Assembly (NCBI RefSeq): GCF_963921235.1
Contig: NC_086108.1
Location: 19,282,001 to 19,346,000 of the forward strand
From: Mobula hypostoma
Taxonomy: Eukaryota
Reading direction: 5' to 3'
DNA length: 64,000 nt
Shown here: one piece after another, positions 51,195 through 64,000 of the stretch
Layout: every line of letters begins with the position of its first letter
How positions within the stretch are numbered: the stretch's first letter is position 1
Made by a program: the position numbers and the translations under genes
The notes under the pieces: model-generated
Told to the model about the DNA's origin: nothing
The model's database searches: none
The model's input: only the letters and a program-made list of their open reading frames with translations

Positions 51195-53650
51195 TGTGAC
51201 CAGATGGATTGGAGGGGGATACTGGCAGGGATGACGGCAGAACAGAGGTGCCTGAAGTTCCTAATGAAGTTCACAAGGTGCAGGATATGTCCCACAGAAT
51301 TTGTTCTCAAATGACAGGGGTAAGCAACCATGACTGACAAGGGAAGTTTAAGGACTGCGTAAAAGCTAAGGAAAGGGCAAATAAGGTAGCAAAATTGAGT
51401 GGGAAGTTGGATGATTGGGAAGCTTTTAAAATCTAACAAAATGCAACTAAAAAAGCTACAAGAAGGGAAAAGATGAAATATGAGGGCAAACCAGCAGAAT
51501 ACCAAAAGTTTTTTTTTCAGTTATATAAAGAATAAAAGGGAAGTGAAAGTTCATATTGGACCACTGGAAAATGATGCTGGTGAGGAAGTAATGGAGGACA
51601 AAGAAATGGCAGATGAACTAAATAAGTACTTTGCATCAATCTTCACTGTGGAAGACACTAGCTGTATGCCAGAGCTCCTTGGGCGTCAGTGAGCAGGAGT
51701 GAGTGACATTGCTATTACAAAAGAAAAAGTGCTAGATAAACTGAAATGTCTTAAGGTGGATAAGTCACCTGGACCAGATGGACTACATCCCGGAGTCCTG
51801 AAGGAGGTGGCTGACAAGATTAAGGATACATCTTTCATGAATCACATGATTGTGGCATGGTCAAAAATTCCAGATGTCACTCTACTCTTTAAAAAGGGAC
51901 GAAGGCAAAAGAGGGGAAATTATAACCTCAGAGATCGGAAAAGTGTTGGAGTCCATTAGTAAGGAAGAGGTTTTGGGGTACTTGGAGACTAATGATAAAA
52001 TAAATTAAGTCAGCATGGTTTCTGTAAAGGGAAATCTTGCCTGACAAATCTGTTAGAATTCTTCGAGGAAGTAACAAGCAGGGTGGACAAAGGAGAGGCA
52101 GTTAATGTCATTAACTTAGATTGTCAGAAGGTATTTGATAAGGTGCCTCACATGTGGCTGCTTAACAAGATAAAATCCTATGGTGTTACAGGAAATATAC
52201 AGGCATGGATGGAGGAATGGCTGACAGGCAGGAAGCAGCAATTGGGAATAAAGGGGGCCTGTTCTTGTTGGCTGCCAGTGGTGTTCCTCAGAGGTCAGTA
52301 TTGGGACTGCTACCTTTCACATTGTTTATCAATGATTTAGATAATGGAATTGTTGGCAAAAAAGTGGCAGATGGAATACAGATTTGGGAAATACATGATA
52401 ATGCATTTTGGTAAAAGGAAAAATAGTGCAGACTATTATCTAAATGGGAGAAAATTCAAACATCAGAGGTGCAAAGGAGTCCTCATGCAAGACTCCCAGA
52501 AGATTAATTTACAGATTGAGTCTGTGGTAAAGAAGGCAAATGCAATGTTGGAGAATAGAACATAAAAGCAAGGAGGAGATAATGCTGTGCCTTTATAAGA
52601 CACTAGTCAAGCCACACTTGGAATATTGTAAACAGTTTTGGACCCATTATTTCAGAACTGTCATTGGAGAGAGTTCAGAATAGGTTCACGAGGATTATTC
52701 CAGGAATGAAGGGGTTAATGTATTAGGAGCATTTGGCAGCTTTGGGTCTGTACGCTCCGGAATTTAGAAGAATGCATGGGGATCTCACTGAAACCTACCG
52801 AATGTTGAAAGGACTAGATAAGGTTGATGTGGAGAGGATGTTTCCTCTGGTGGGGCTTTCCAGAACTAGAAGGCACAGCCTCAAAACTGAGGGACAACCT
52901 TTCAGAACAGAGGTAAGGAGGAACTTTTTTAGCCAGAGAGTAGTGAATCTGTAGAACGCTCTGCCACAGTCTGCAGTGGAGGCCACATTCATGGGTGCAT
53001 TCAAAGTGGAAGTTGATAGATTGCTGATTGGTCGGGGCTTCAAATGATATAGTGAGAGGGCAGGTGTATGCAGTTGAATGGATCCAGGATCAGCCATGAA
53101 AAAGCAGAGTGGACTCGATGGGCTGAATGGCCTAATTCTGCTGTCTATGGTCTTCTATTATAAGAAAGATGTGAAGGCATCATAGAGAGGCTGCAGAAGA
53201 GGTTCAGCAGAATGTTGGATTATTGTTTCCTCTAGAGCAGGGGTTCCCAATATTTTTTATGCCATGGACTCCCTAACATTAACCGATGGGTCTGTGGACC
53301 CCAGGTTGGGAACCCCTGTCCTACAGCATCAGAGAATGAAGGGTGACCTGATGAAGGTATATAAAATTCTGAGGAATATGGATAAGGCAGACAGTCTTTT
53401 TAACCTGAATGGAAACGTCAAGTACAAGAGGGTATAAGTTTAGGATGAGAGGGGAAAGCATAAAGAAGATTAAATAGGCCAATAGCGTTTTAGACACAGT
53501 GAGCAAGTGGTATGTGCCTGGAGTGCAATGCCAAGAGAGATCATGGATAACATCCAAGCCGAATTTAGGTGGGGAATAGAGGCATATAGATCACATGTAG
53601 GAAAACGGGCAGTTTAAACTGGAGCCTATCCTGTGCTGTGCCGTTCTATG
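51195..53650 (+). mobile_element. Degenerate CR1 fragments in the last host intron
   Basis: KSPGPDGLHP, QKVFDKVPH and FFSQRVVNL relics, with two 3' ends. Confidence 0.85.
53238..53318. mobile_element. 81-bp hAT-type MITE
   Basis: TIRs CAGGGGTTCCCAA / TTGGGAACCCCTG. Left flank CTCTAGAG is Charlie-like; the right TSD copy is decayed. Confidence 0.8.
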
Positions 53651-53988
53651 TCTTTTCCAGGAGTCCTCCCCATAACCCTATTGGGTCTTGTAAGCAAAAG
53701 TCGATCTCTGTTCACAATGTTATACCCTTGATCGATACAAAGCTCTTTTGCAGCCTCCTATCCAAATCACGTTCAGCTGGCCAGTTATTTATCCCAATGC
53801 TTCTGGTAATTAATAAAATTTAAAATAGCACTTAAAAGTAGAGTACACATCAGATGATGAAGTGTGCTCACTTCAAACAGAATACCAAAATCGATTAGAA
53901 GACTATGTTGGACATAACTTGCTGACTGATCGGTTCAATTCTATCAGAAAAGCAATAGATTTGAGGGAATTGTTACTGTAATTCTTAC

Positions 53989-54061
53989 CTCTTCATTATA
54001 TTCCATTACATGTCGTTTGATCTTTGAAGAGTCCACCCAAGTTATGAAGTCTTCCATATTT
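53989..54061 (-). CDS. Penultimate coding exon of the host gene ([24 protein letters not shown])
   Basis: TTTTCAG acceptor and GAG|GTAAGA donor. The 73 bp are open and join 50989-51015 in frame. Confidence 0.85.
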
Positions 54062-55041
54062 CTGAAAATTAAACATGAATATAATAAGCACATTAATGGA
54101 TAGTTTAAAAAGTATTTGAATTATCATCTAATGTTGGTAATTCTCAGAATTTCCACATTTACCTTGTTGTGTATCTATGCAATGCACTTTCACAATAGCA
54201 GTACTGAATATCTCCTCACAAACCAACCCTTTACATGTCCAGATCTTAAAAGCACTGGCTTTACCAACTCAATGCTTCTTGTCTGTGACAGTTATGCCAA
54301 CTGTGGTGCTCTCAGGCGAAGACAAATTATGTCCATGTCTGACTTTATTCTCAAGATATGGATGATCATCCAGGTTTTCTTTAGGATCTTGGAGTAGACT
54401 TTTACTCAACTTTGGGGGAAAACAAGCTGAAATAACTTGCCACTGACATCAATAATAAACCCATGTTCACCTTCAGTAGTTCTCCCAATGTGGACTTGGA
54501 TAAAACAGATTTTCCCCCAAACCCTGAACTGTTTACAGTTCAATCACTCAAGGGGAAAACAATAGAACTTATAACAAATTCTAAAACTTTGGGGGGGGGT
54601 AAAACTTAGGCTACATCCACACGAGACCGGATAAATCCGTAACCGAAGCTTTTTCTCTTCGTTTTGACCCTCCGTCCACACTGAAACGGCATTTTCCTCC
54701 TCTGAAAACGGAGCTTTTCTAAAACACTCTCCAGACTGTTTAAATCTGAAAATGCCGGTTGGCTGTTGTGTCTACAGGGTTACTGGCTAACATTAAAACC
54801 GCTGTCATGACGTGCCGGAATAAATGATGGCGGCTGTGCGGCATTTCATTGTTTTCTTGAACGCAACCTCCAACACCACAACAATATCTGACAATAGATG
54901 TGTAACATCCTAATGTAACATTGTATGGAAATACAACACTGATGCAGACATGTTTTATACATTTAGCAAGGTGCTTTATTAATGTATTGCTTGTGCAAAC
55001 ATTCCATATAACCATATAACAATTACAGCACGGAAACAGGC

Positions 55042-56280
55042 CATAGAAAATAGAAACATAGAAAATAGGTGCAGGAGTAGGCCATTCGGCCCTTCGAGCC
55101 TGCACCGCCATTTATTATGATCATGGCTGATCATCCAACTCAGAACCCAGCCTTCCCTCCATACCCCCTGACCCCTGTAGCCACAAGGGCCATATCTAAC
55201 TTCCTTTTAAACATAGCTAATGAACTGGCCTCAACAGTTTGCTGTGGCAGAGAATTCCACAGATTCACCACTCTCTGTGTGAAGTTGTTTTTCCTAACCT
55301 CGGTCCTAAAAGGCTTCCCCTCTATCCTCAAACTGTGACCCCTCGTTCTAGACCTCCCCAACATCGGGAACAATCTTCCCGCATCTAGCCTGTCCAATCC
55401 CTTTAGGATCTTATACGTTTCAATCAGATCCCCCCTCAATCTTCTAAATTCCAACGAGTACAAGCCCAGTTCATCCAGTCTTTCTTCATATGAAAGACCT
55501 GCCATCCCAGGAATCAATCTGGTGAACCTTCTCTGTACTCCCTCTATGGCAAAGATGTCTTTCCTCAGATTAGGGGACCAAAACTGCACACAATACTCCA
55601 GGTGTGGTCCCACCAAGGCCTTGTACAACTGCAGTAGTACCTCCCTGCTCCTGTACTCGAATCCTCTCGCTATAAATGCCAGCATACCGTTCGCCTTTTT
55701 CACCACCTGCTGTACCTGCATGCCCACTTTCAATGACTGGTGTATAATGACACCCAGGTCTCGTTGCACCTCCCCTTTTCCTAATCGGCCACCATTCAGA
55801 TAATAATCTGTTTTCCTATTTTTGCCACCAAAGTGGATAACTTCACATTTATCCACATTAAATTGCATCTGCCATGAGTTTGCCCACTCACCCAACCTAT
55901 CCAAGTCACCCTGCATCCTCTTAGCATCCTCCTCACTGCTAACACTGCCACCCAGCTTTGTGTCATCCGCAAACTTGGAGATGCTGCATTTAATTCCCTC
56001 ATCCAAGTCATTAATATATATTGTAAACAACTGGGGTCCCAGCACTGAGCCTTGCGGTACCCCACTAGTCACCGCCTGCCATTCTGAAAAGGTCCCGTTT
56101 ATTCCCACTCTTTGCTTCCTGTCTGCTAACCAATTCTCCACCCACACCAATACCTTACCCCCAATACCGTGTGCTTTAAGTTTGCACACTAATCTCCTAT
56201 GTGGGACCTTGTCAAAAGCCTTTTGAAAATCCAAATATACCACATCCACTGGTTCTCCCCTATCCACTCTACTAGTTACT
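55042..56280 (-). mobile_element. Young 5'-truncated CR1 with an uninterrupted 375-aa RT C-terminal frame
   Basis: ORF 55140..56267: [23 protein letters not shown] through to the stop. Confidence 0.93.
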
Positions 56281-56505
56281 TGGCCCTTCTAGTCCGTACC
56301 AAACTGTTACTCTCACCTAGTCCCACCGACCTGCACTCGGCCCATAACTCTCCATTCCTTTCCTGTTCATATAGCTGTCCAATTAAACTTTAAACAGCAA
56401 CATCAAACCTGCCTCAACCACTTCTGCTGGAAGCTCGTTCCACACAGCTACCACTCTCTGAGTAAAGAAGTTCCCCCTCATGTTACCCCTAAACTTTTGC
56501 CCTTT

Positions 56506-59500
56506 AAAAGGTGGGACCTGTACAGATTGGATGGGTTGCACTTGAACCCGATGGGGAGCAATCCTTGCAGGTAGGTTTGCTAGCATGGTTCGGGAGGGTT
56601 TAAACTAATTTGCAAGGGGGATGGGACCCTGAGCGATAGAGCAGTGAAAGAAGTGCATGGAGTAAAGCCAGATCTAACATATAGAGAGGTTTTGAGGAAA
56701 GAGAAGCAGAATAAACGGAGTAAAGACAGTAAGGCAGAAGGGCTGAAGTGCGTGTACCTCAATGCAAGAAACATCAGGAACAAAGGTGATGAACTGACAG
56801 CTTGGATACATACATGGAATTATGATGTAGTGGCCATTATAGAGACTTGGCTGGCACCAGGGCAGGAATGGATTCTCAATATTCCTGGATTTCAGTGCTT
56901 TAAAAGGGATAGAGAGGGCGGAAAAAGGGGAGGAGGGGTGGCATTACTGGTCAGGGATACTATTACAGCTACAGAAAGGGTGGGAAATGTAGCAGGATCC
57001 TTTTTTGAGTCAGTATGGGTGGAAGTCAGGAACGGGAAGGGAGCAGTTACTCTACTGGGGTATTCTATAGGCCCCCTGGTAGCAGCAGAGATACAGAGGA
57101 GCAGATTGGGAGGCAGATTTTGGAAAGGTGCAAAAATAACAGGGTTGTTATCATGGGTGACTTTAACTTCCCTAATATTGGATTGGCACCTGATTAGTTC
57201 CAAGGGTTCAGATGGGGCAGAGTTTGTTAAGTGTGTCCAGGAGGGATTCCTGTCACAGAATGTGGACAGGTCAACTAGGGGGAATGCCAGACTAGATCTA
57301 GTACTAGGTAATGAACCGGGTCAGGTCACAGATCTCTCAGTGGGTGAGCATCTGGGGGACAGTGACCACTGCTCCCTGGTCTTTAGCATTATCATGGAAA
57401 AGAATAGAATCAGAGAGGACAGGAAAATTTTTAACTCGGGAAGGGCAAATTATGAGGCTATAAGGCTAGAACTTGCGGGTGTGAATTGGGATGATGTTTT
57501 TGCAGGGAAATGTACTATGGACATGTGGTCGATGTTTAGAGATCTCTTGCAGGATGTTAGGGATAAATTTGTCCCGGTGAGGAAGATAAAGAATGGTAGG
57601 GTGAAGGAACCATGGGTGACAAGTGAGGTGGAAAATCTAGTCAGGTAGAAGGAAGCAGCATACATGAGGTTTAGGAAGCAAGGATCAGATGGGTCTTTTG
57701 AGAAATATAGGGAAGCAAGAAAGGAGCTTAAGAAGGGGCTGAGAAGAGCAAGAAGGGGGCATGAGAAGGCCTTGGCGAGTAGAATAAAGGAAAACCCCAA
57801 AGCATTGTTCAATTATGTGAAGAACAAAAGGATGACAGGAGTGAAGGTAGGAACGATTAGAGATAAAGGTGGGAAGATGTCCCTGGAGGCTGTGGAAGTG
57901 AGCGAGCTCCTCAGTGAATACTTCTCTTCGATATTCACCAATGAGAGGAAACTTGATGGTGAGGACAATATGAGCGAGGTTGATGTTCTGGAGCATGTTG
58001 ATATTAAGGGAGAGGGGGTGTTGGGAGTTGTTAAAATATATTAGGACACGTAAGTCCCCTGGGCCTGACGGAATATTCCCCAGGCTGCTCCACGAGGTGA
58101 GGGAAGAGATTGCTGAGCCTCTGGCTAGGATCTTTATATCCTCATTGTCCACGGGAATGGTACCGGAGGATTAAAGGGAGGCAAATGTTGTCCCCTTGTT
58201 CAAAAAAGGTAGTAGGGATAGTCCAGGTAATTATAGACCAGTGAGCCTTATGTCTGTGGTGGGAAAGCTGTTGGAAAAGATTCTTAGAGATAGGATCTAT
58301 GGGCATTTAGAGAATCATGGTCTGATCAGGGACAGTCAGCATGTCTTTGTGATGGGCAGATCATGTCTAACAAGCCTGATAGAGTTCTTTGAGGTGGTGA
58401 CCAGGCATATAGATGAGAGTAGTGCAGTGGATGTGATCTATATGGATTTTAGTAAGGCATTTGACAAGGTTCCACCCGGGAGGCTTATTCAGAAAGTCAG
58501 AAGGCATGGGATCCAGGGAAATTTGGCCAGGTGGATTCAGAATTGGCTTGCCTGCAGAAGGCAGAGGGTCGTGGTGGAGGAAGTACATTCAGATTGGAGG
58601 ATTGTGACTAGTGGTGTCCCACAAGGATCTGTTCTGGGACCTCTACTTTTCGTGATTTTTATTAATGACCTGGATGTGGGAGTAGAAGGGTGGGTTGGCA
58701 AGTTTGCAGATGACACAAAGGTTGGCGGTGTTGTAGATAGTGTAGAGGATTGTTGAAGATTGCAGAGAGACATTGATAGGATGCAGAAGTGGGCTGAGAA
58801 GTGGCAGATGGAGTTCAACCCGGAGAAGGGTGAGGTGATACACTTTGGAAGGACAAACTCCAAGGAAGAGTACAAAGTAATGGCAGGATACTTGGTAGCG
58901 TGGAGGAGCAGAGGGATCTGGGGGTACATGTCCACAGATCCCTGAAAGTTGCCTCACAGGTAGATAGGATAGTTAAGAAAGTTTATGGGATGTTAGCTTT
59001 CATAAGTCGAGGGATAGAGTTTAAGAGTCGCGAGGTAATGATGCAGCTCTATAAAACTCTGGTTAGGCCACACTTGGAGTACTGTGTCCAGTTCTGGTTG
59101 CCTCACTATAGGAAGGATGTGGAAGCACTGGAAAAGGTACAGAGGAGATTTACCAGGATGCTGCCTGGTTCAGAGAATATGCATTATGATAAGAGATTAC
59201 GGGAGCTAGGGCTTTACTCATTGGAGAGGAGGAGGATGAGAGGAGACATGATAGAGGTGTACAGGATAATAAGAGGAAAAGATAGAGTGGATAGCCAGCG
59301 CCTCTTCCCCAGGGCACCACTGCTCAATACGAGAGGACATGGCTTTAAGGTAAGGGGTGGGAAGTTCAAGGGGGATATTAGAGGAAGGTTTTTTACTCAG
59401 AGAGTGGTTAGTGCATGGAATGCACTGACTGGGTCGATGGTGAGGCAGATACACTCGTGAAGTTTAAGAGACTATTAGAGAGGTATATGGAGGAATTTAA

Positions 59501-59593
59501 GGTGGGGGGTTATATGGGAGGCAGGGTTTGAGGGTCAGCACAACATTGTGGGCCGAAGGACCTGTAATGTGGTGTACTATTCTATGTTCTATG
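56506..59593 (+). mobile_element. CR1 with ORF1 3' end and complete but disrupted ORF2
   Basis: EN ORF 56644..57648, RT ORFs 58196..58756 and 58900..59460, and a (TTCTATG) tail. Confidence 0.92.
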
Positions 59594-62500
59594 TTAACTC
59601 TCAACTCATGTCCTCTTGTTTGAATCTCCCCCACTCTCAATGGAAAAAGCCTATCCACGTCAACTCTATCTATCCCCCTCATAATTTTAAGTACCTCTAT
59701 CAAGTCCCCCCTCAACCTTCTACACTCCAAGGAATAAAGACCTAACTTGTTCAACCTTTCTCTGTAACTTAGGAGATGAAACCCAGGCAACATTTTAGTA
59801 AATCTCCTCTGTACTCTCTCAATTTTATTGACATCTTTCCTATAATTCTGTGACCAGAACTGTACACAATACTCCAAATTTGGCCTCACCAATGCCTTAT
59901 ACAATTTCAACATTACGTCCCAACTCCTATACTCAATGCTCTGATTTATAAAGGCCAGCATACCAAAAGCTTTCTTCACCACCCTATCCACATGAGATTC
60001 CACCTTCAGGGAACTATGCACCATTATTCCTAGATCCCTCTGTTCTATTGCATTCTTCAATGCCCTGCCATTTATCATGTATGTCCTATTTTGATTAATC
60101 CTACCAAAATGTAGCACCTCACATTTATCAGCATTAAACTCCATCTGCCATCTTTCAGCCCACTCTTCTAAATGGTCTAAATCTCTTTGCAAGCTTTGAA
60201 AACCTCCTTCATTATCCATAACTCCACCTATCTTAGTATCATCTGCATACTTACTAATCCAATTTACCACCCCATCATCCAGATCATTCATATATATGCC
60301 AAACAACACTGGAGCCAGTACAGATCCCTGAGGCACACCACTAGACACCGTCCTCCAATCTGACACACAGTTATCCTCCACTACTCTCTGGCGTCTCCCA
60401 TCCAGCCACTGCTGAATCCATTTTACTACTTCGATATTAATGCCTAACGATTGTACCTTCCTAACTAACCTTCCATGTGGAACCTTGTCAAAGGCCTTAC
60501 TGAAGTCCATATAAATAACATCCACTGCTTTACCCTCGTCAACTTTCCTAGTAACCTCATCAAAAAATTCAAGAAGATTTGTCAAACATGACCTTCCACG
60601 CACAAATCCATGTTGACTGTTCCTAATCAGACCCTGTCTGTCCAGATAATTATATATACACCATCTCTAATAATACTTTCCATCAATTTACCCACCACAG
60701 ACATCAAACTCACAGGCCGATAATTGCTCGGTTTACTCTTAGAACCCTTTTTAAACAATGGAACAACATGAGCAATATGCCAATCCTCCAGCACCATTCC
60801 CGTTTCTAATGACATTTGAAATATTTCTGTCAGAGTCCTTGCTGTTTCCACACTAACTTTCCTCAAGGTCCGAGGGAATATCCTGTCCGGACCCGGAGAC
60901 TTATCCACTTTTATATTTCTTAAAAGTGCCAGTACTTCCTCTTCTTTAATCGCCATACTTTCCATAACTATTCTTCTTGTTTCCTTTACCTTACACAATT
61001 CAATATCCTTCTCCTTAGTGAATACCGAAGAAAAGAAATTGTTCAAAATCTCCCCCATCTCTTTTGGCTCCGCACATAGCCGTCCACTCTGATTCTCTAA
61101 GGGACCAATTTTATCCCTCACTATCCTTTTGCTATTAATATAACTGTAGAAACCCTTTGGATTTATTTTCACCTGCTTGCCAAAGCAGCCTCATATCTTC
61201 TTTTAGCTTTTCTAATTTCTTTTTTAAGATTTTTTTTTACATTCTTTATATTCCCCGAGCACCTAATTAACTCCAAGCTGCCTATATTTTTTGTAGATCC
61301 CTCTCTTTTTTCGAACCAAGCTTCCAATATCCCTTAAAAACCATGGCTCTCTCAAACTTATAACCTTTCCTTTCAACCTAACAGGAACATAAAGATCCTG
61401 TACACTCAAAATTTCACCTTTAAATGACCTCCATTTCTCTATTACATCCTTCCCATAAAAACAAATTGTCCCAATCCACTCCTTCTAAATCCTTTCGCAT
61501 CTCCTCAAAGTTAGCCTTTCTCCAATCAAAAATCTCAACCCTGGGTCCAGTCCTATCCTTCTCTATAATTATATTGAAACTAATGGCATTGTGATCATTG
61601 GATCCGAAGTGCTCCCCAACAAATACCTCCGTCACCTGCCCTGTCTCATTCCCTAACAGGAGATCCAACACTGCCCCTTCTCTCGTTGGTACCTCTATGT
61701 ATTGCTGCAAAAAACTATCTTGCACACATTTTACAAACTCCAAACCATCTAGCCCTTTTACAGAATGGGCTTCCTAGTCAATATGTGGAAAATTAAAATC
61801 TCCCACAATCATAACCTTGTGCTTACTACAAATATCTGCTATCTCCTTACAAATTTGCTCCTCCAATTCTCGCTCCCCATTAGGTGGTCTATAAAACACC
61901 CCTATAAGCATTACTACACCTTTCCTATTCCTCAATTCCACCCAAATAGCCTCCCTGGACGAGTCCACTAATCTATCCTGCCAGAGGACCGCTGTTATAT
62001 TTTCTCTGACAAGCAATGCAACACTTCCCCCTCTTGCTCCTCCAATTCTATCACACCTCAAGTAATGAAATCCAGGAATATTTAGTTGCCAATCACACCC
62101 CTCCTGCAACCATGTTTCACTAAGAGCTATAACATCATATTCAACAGATGTAATTGTCACTTTTGCTCAGTAACTCGTTTTATTGCACATGTTAAATACA
62201 GCAAAATAATACACAAAGACATGGCAAAAGTAAAGGCAAACAAATGAGGTAACAGCAAATTTCACTTTTGCCCAGTAACAAGCCTTATTGCATTTAGTTG
62301 TAGCTGTCGTCCCTTTCATCGGTAAAGAGACTATGGCCGTAGGAAATGTTTCTGGACAAACGTGCACCAAGTCTTTAGTCTGGCAATTTCCTTTTAAGTT
62401 TTTCTAGTTTATAACTGGACAAATGCGCACCAAGTACACCATTTCCTCTTCGCTTGTTTTCTGTGTGTCCTGCGCATGCCCAGTAGGAGGAGATTCGCCC

Positions 62501-62699
62501 AAATATCTGTTTTAATGTAGACGAAGGTATTTTCAAAAACACCTGGTGTGGACGCCTATTGTTTTTACATGAAACCGGCATTTTCAAAATTATCCGGTCC
62601 AGTGTGGACGTAGCCTTTAATATGTGAGATCATTTAAACAAGTTTGGGATGATGTTCAAAAGACTTCAAATTAATAGTCAATCAATGAGGACGACATTA

Positions 62700-62965
62700 A
62701 TCCTACTTAACGGTCAACTAACTCAGCCCAGAGAACAATTATTCACCTAATCGGATTTTAACAAATCAATCGCTGATTACATAATTGGTAACCAATAGAA
62801 ATGGCAAATATACCCACACACAAACGGACTAATCACAGGACACATAAAAGGCTAACAATGTAGATCACCAACATTTCATTTGAGGATGCATTGATGATGT
62901 TGCCAAGCTAGGTAACGAAATGTCCGCAAGCTAACAAGCCAGCTCGGCGAGCCATTCGACAATAA
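62700..62965 (+). mobile_element. Terminal fragment of a third Penelope-like family with a decayed hammerhead
   Basis: GCA TTGATGA T GTTGCC-AAGCTA-GGTAAC GAAA TGTC CGC at about 62888-62927. Confidence 0.55.
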
Positions 62966-63440
62966 AAAATTAATAGTGTATCTGGAAGTAATTTAACAAG
63001 CTACTTAAGACTGAAAGCTGCTCTTCCACTAAAATCTTTTCCTGCAACACGAACGTACTCTTTGTACCTTCTTGGATCTCATGCAGAATTGTTATATTTA
63101 CTTCTAAATACTGGACAATTAGAATAAGTTTTCACTCCATTGCTGAGCTCTGTTGCAGCACAGCCTGCCCAATCAGGTCAAATCCATCATCAACCACTTC
63201 AGGAAACCCACAGGCAATAAGGGAGATCCTGAAGCTGCTGCCTGTCACACTGAGAAATAATTAATATTCATTGTTCTACCATTGTTCTTTCTGCAAAATG
63301 CAGTCCACAGAAATCTCTAAGAATTCCTTTTTAGAAAGTTGATCCTATTTCCTTCTGGACAGGGCTGAAACTGTCAAATGTTTAAATCACAGAGCAAGGG
63401 AAAAGAGCAACACGTGTCTAAAAAATGGCCTGACATATTC

Positions 63441-64000
63441 AAACAACAGGAATTCTGCAGATGCTGGAAATTCAAGCAACACACATCAAAGTTGCTGGTG
63501 AACGCAGCAGGCCAAGCAGCAACTGTAGGAAGAGGTGCAGTCGACGTTTCAGGCCGAGACCCTTCGTCAGGACTAACTGAAGGAAGAGTGAGTAAGGGAT
63601 TTGAAAGTTGGAAAGGGAGGGGGAGATCCAAAATGATAGGAGAAGACAGGAGGGGGAGGGATAGAGCCGAGAGCTGGACAGATGATAGGCAAAAGGGGAT
63701 ACGAGAGGATCATGGGACAGGAGGCCTAGGGAGAAAGACAAGGGGGGGCGGGGACCCAGAGGATGGGCAAGAGGTATATTCAGAGGGACAGAGGGAGAAA
63801 AAAGAGAGTGAGAGAAAGAATCTGTGCATAAAAATAAGTAACAGATGGGGTACGAGGGGGAGGTGGGGCATTAGCGGAAGTTAGAGAAGTCGATGTTCAT
63901 GCCATCAGGTTGGAGGCTACCCAGACGGAATATAAGGTGTTGTTCCTCCAACCTGAGTGTGGCTTCATCTTTACAGTAGAGGTGGCCGTGGATAAACATG
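63441..64000 (-). mobile_element. Penelope-like element 3' end (runs off the window)
   Basis: Near-identical to the arms of 48561-50143 and includes the end of the GIY-YIG region. Confidence 0.92.
63539..63574 (-). ncRNA. Minimal type I hammerhead ribozyme motif
   Basis: Exact reverse complement of 50005-50040. Confidence 0.85.

Larger units (their letters stand above)
55003..62142 (-). mobile_element. CR1 (pieces about 55003-55042, 56281-56505 and 59594-62142)
   Basis: (CCATATAA) tail, RT ORF 59497..60603 and EN ORFs to 62160. The pieces join across two insertions. Confidence 0.85.
54609..62615. mobile_element. Non-autonomous PIF/Harbinger-like element stretched by nested CR1s
   Basis: TIRs GGCTACATCCACACGAGACCGGATAA / TTATCCGGTCCAGTGTGGACGTAGCC in a TTA-like context. 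Element body is about 54609-55002 and 62143-62615. Confidence 0.8.

Noticed and set aside
62970..63440. Possible further host exon
   Set aside because: No convincing acceptor-donor pair with a phase-2 end compatible with the 54061 exon was found by eye.

Overview
Vertebrate genomic DNA dominated by transposable elements. The mix of CR1 LINEs with esterase ORF1, V-SINE/HE1-like SINEs, Rex1/Babar and Penelope-like elements suggests a cartilaginous fish (inference only). The only host-gene sequence I can support is two short minus-strand coding exons (53989-54061 and 50989-51015) that splice in frame to a C-terminus ...[33 protein letters not shown] do not confidently recognise the gene. The rest is a deeply nested TE landscape: an R4/Dong-type LINE 3' end, an internally deleted endogenous retrovirus (two LTRs, tRNA-Leu PBS, gag-pro, integrase C-terminus) inside a Tc1 element, many CR1 copies (one near full length with intact ORF1), L1, Rex1, RTE, hAT and Harbinger elements, and two solo LTRs. 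The most striking recurring signal is a set of four TSD-flanked fold-back (inverted) insertions of Penelope-like 3' ends, from about 130 bp to about 1.6 kb, one of them a perfect 176-bp palindrome. They share an asymmetric terminal tail, and the larger ones carry minimal hammerhead ribozyme motifs. The largest lies about 0.85 kb downstream of the host stop codon. All family assignments come from motif recognition by eye, not database searches.
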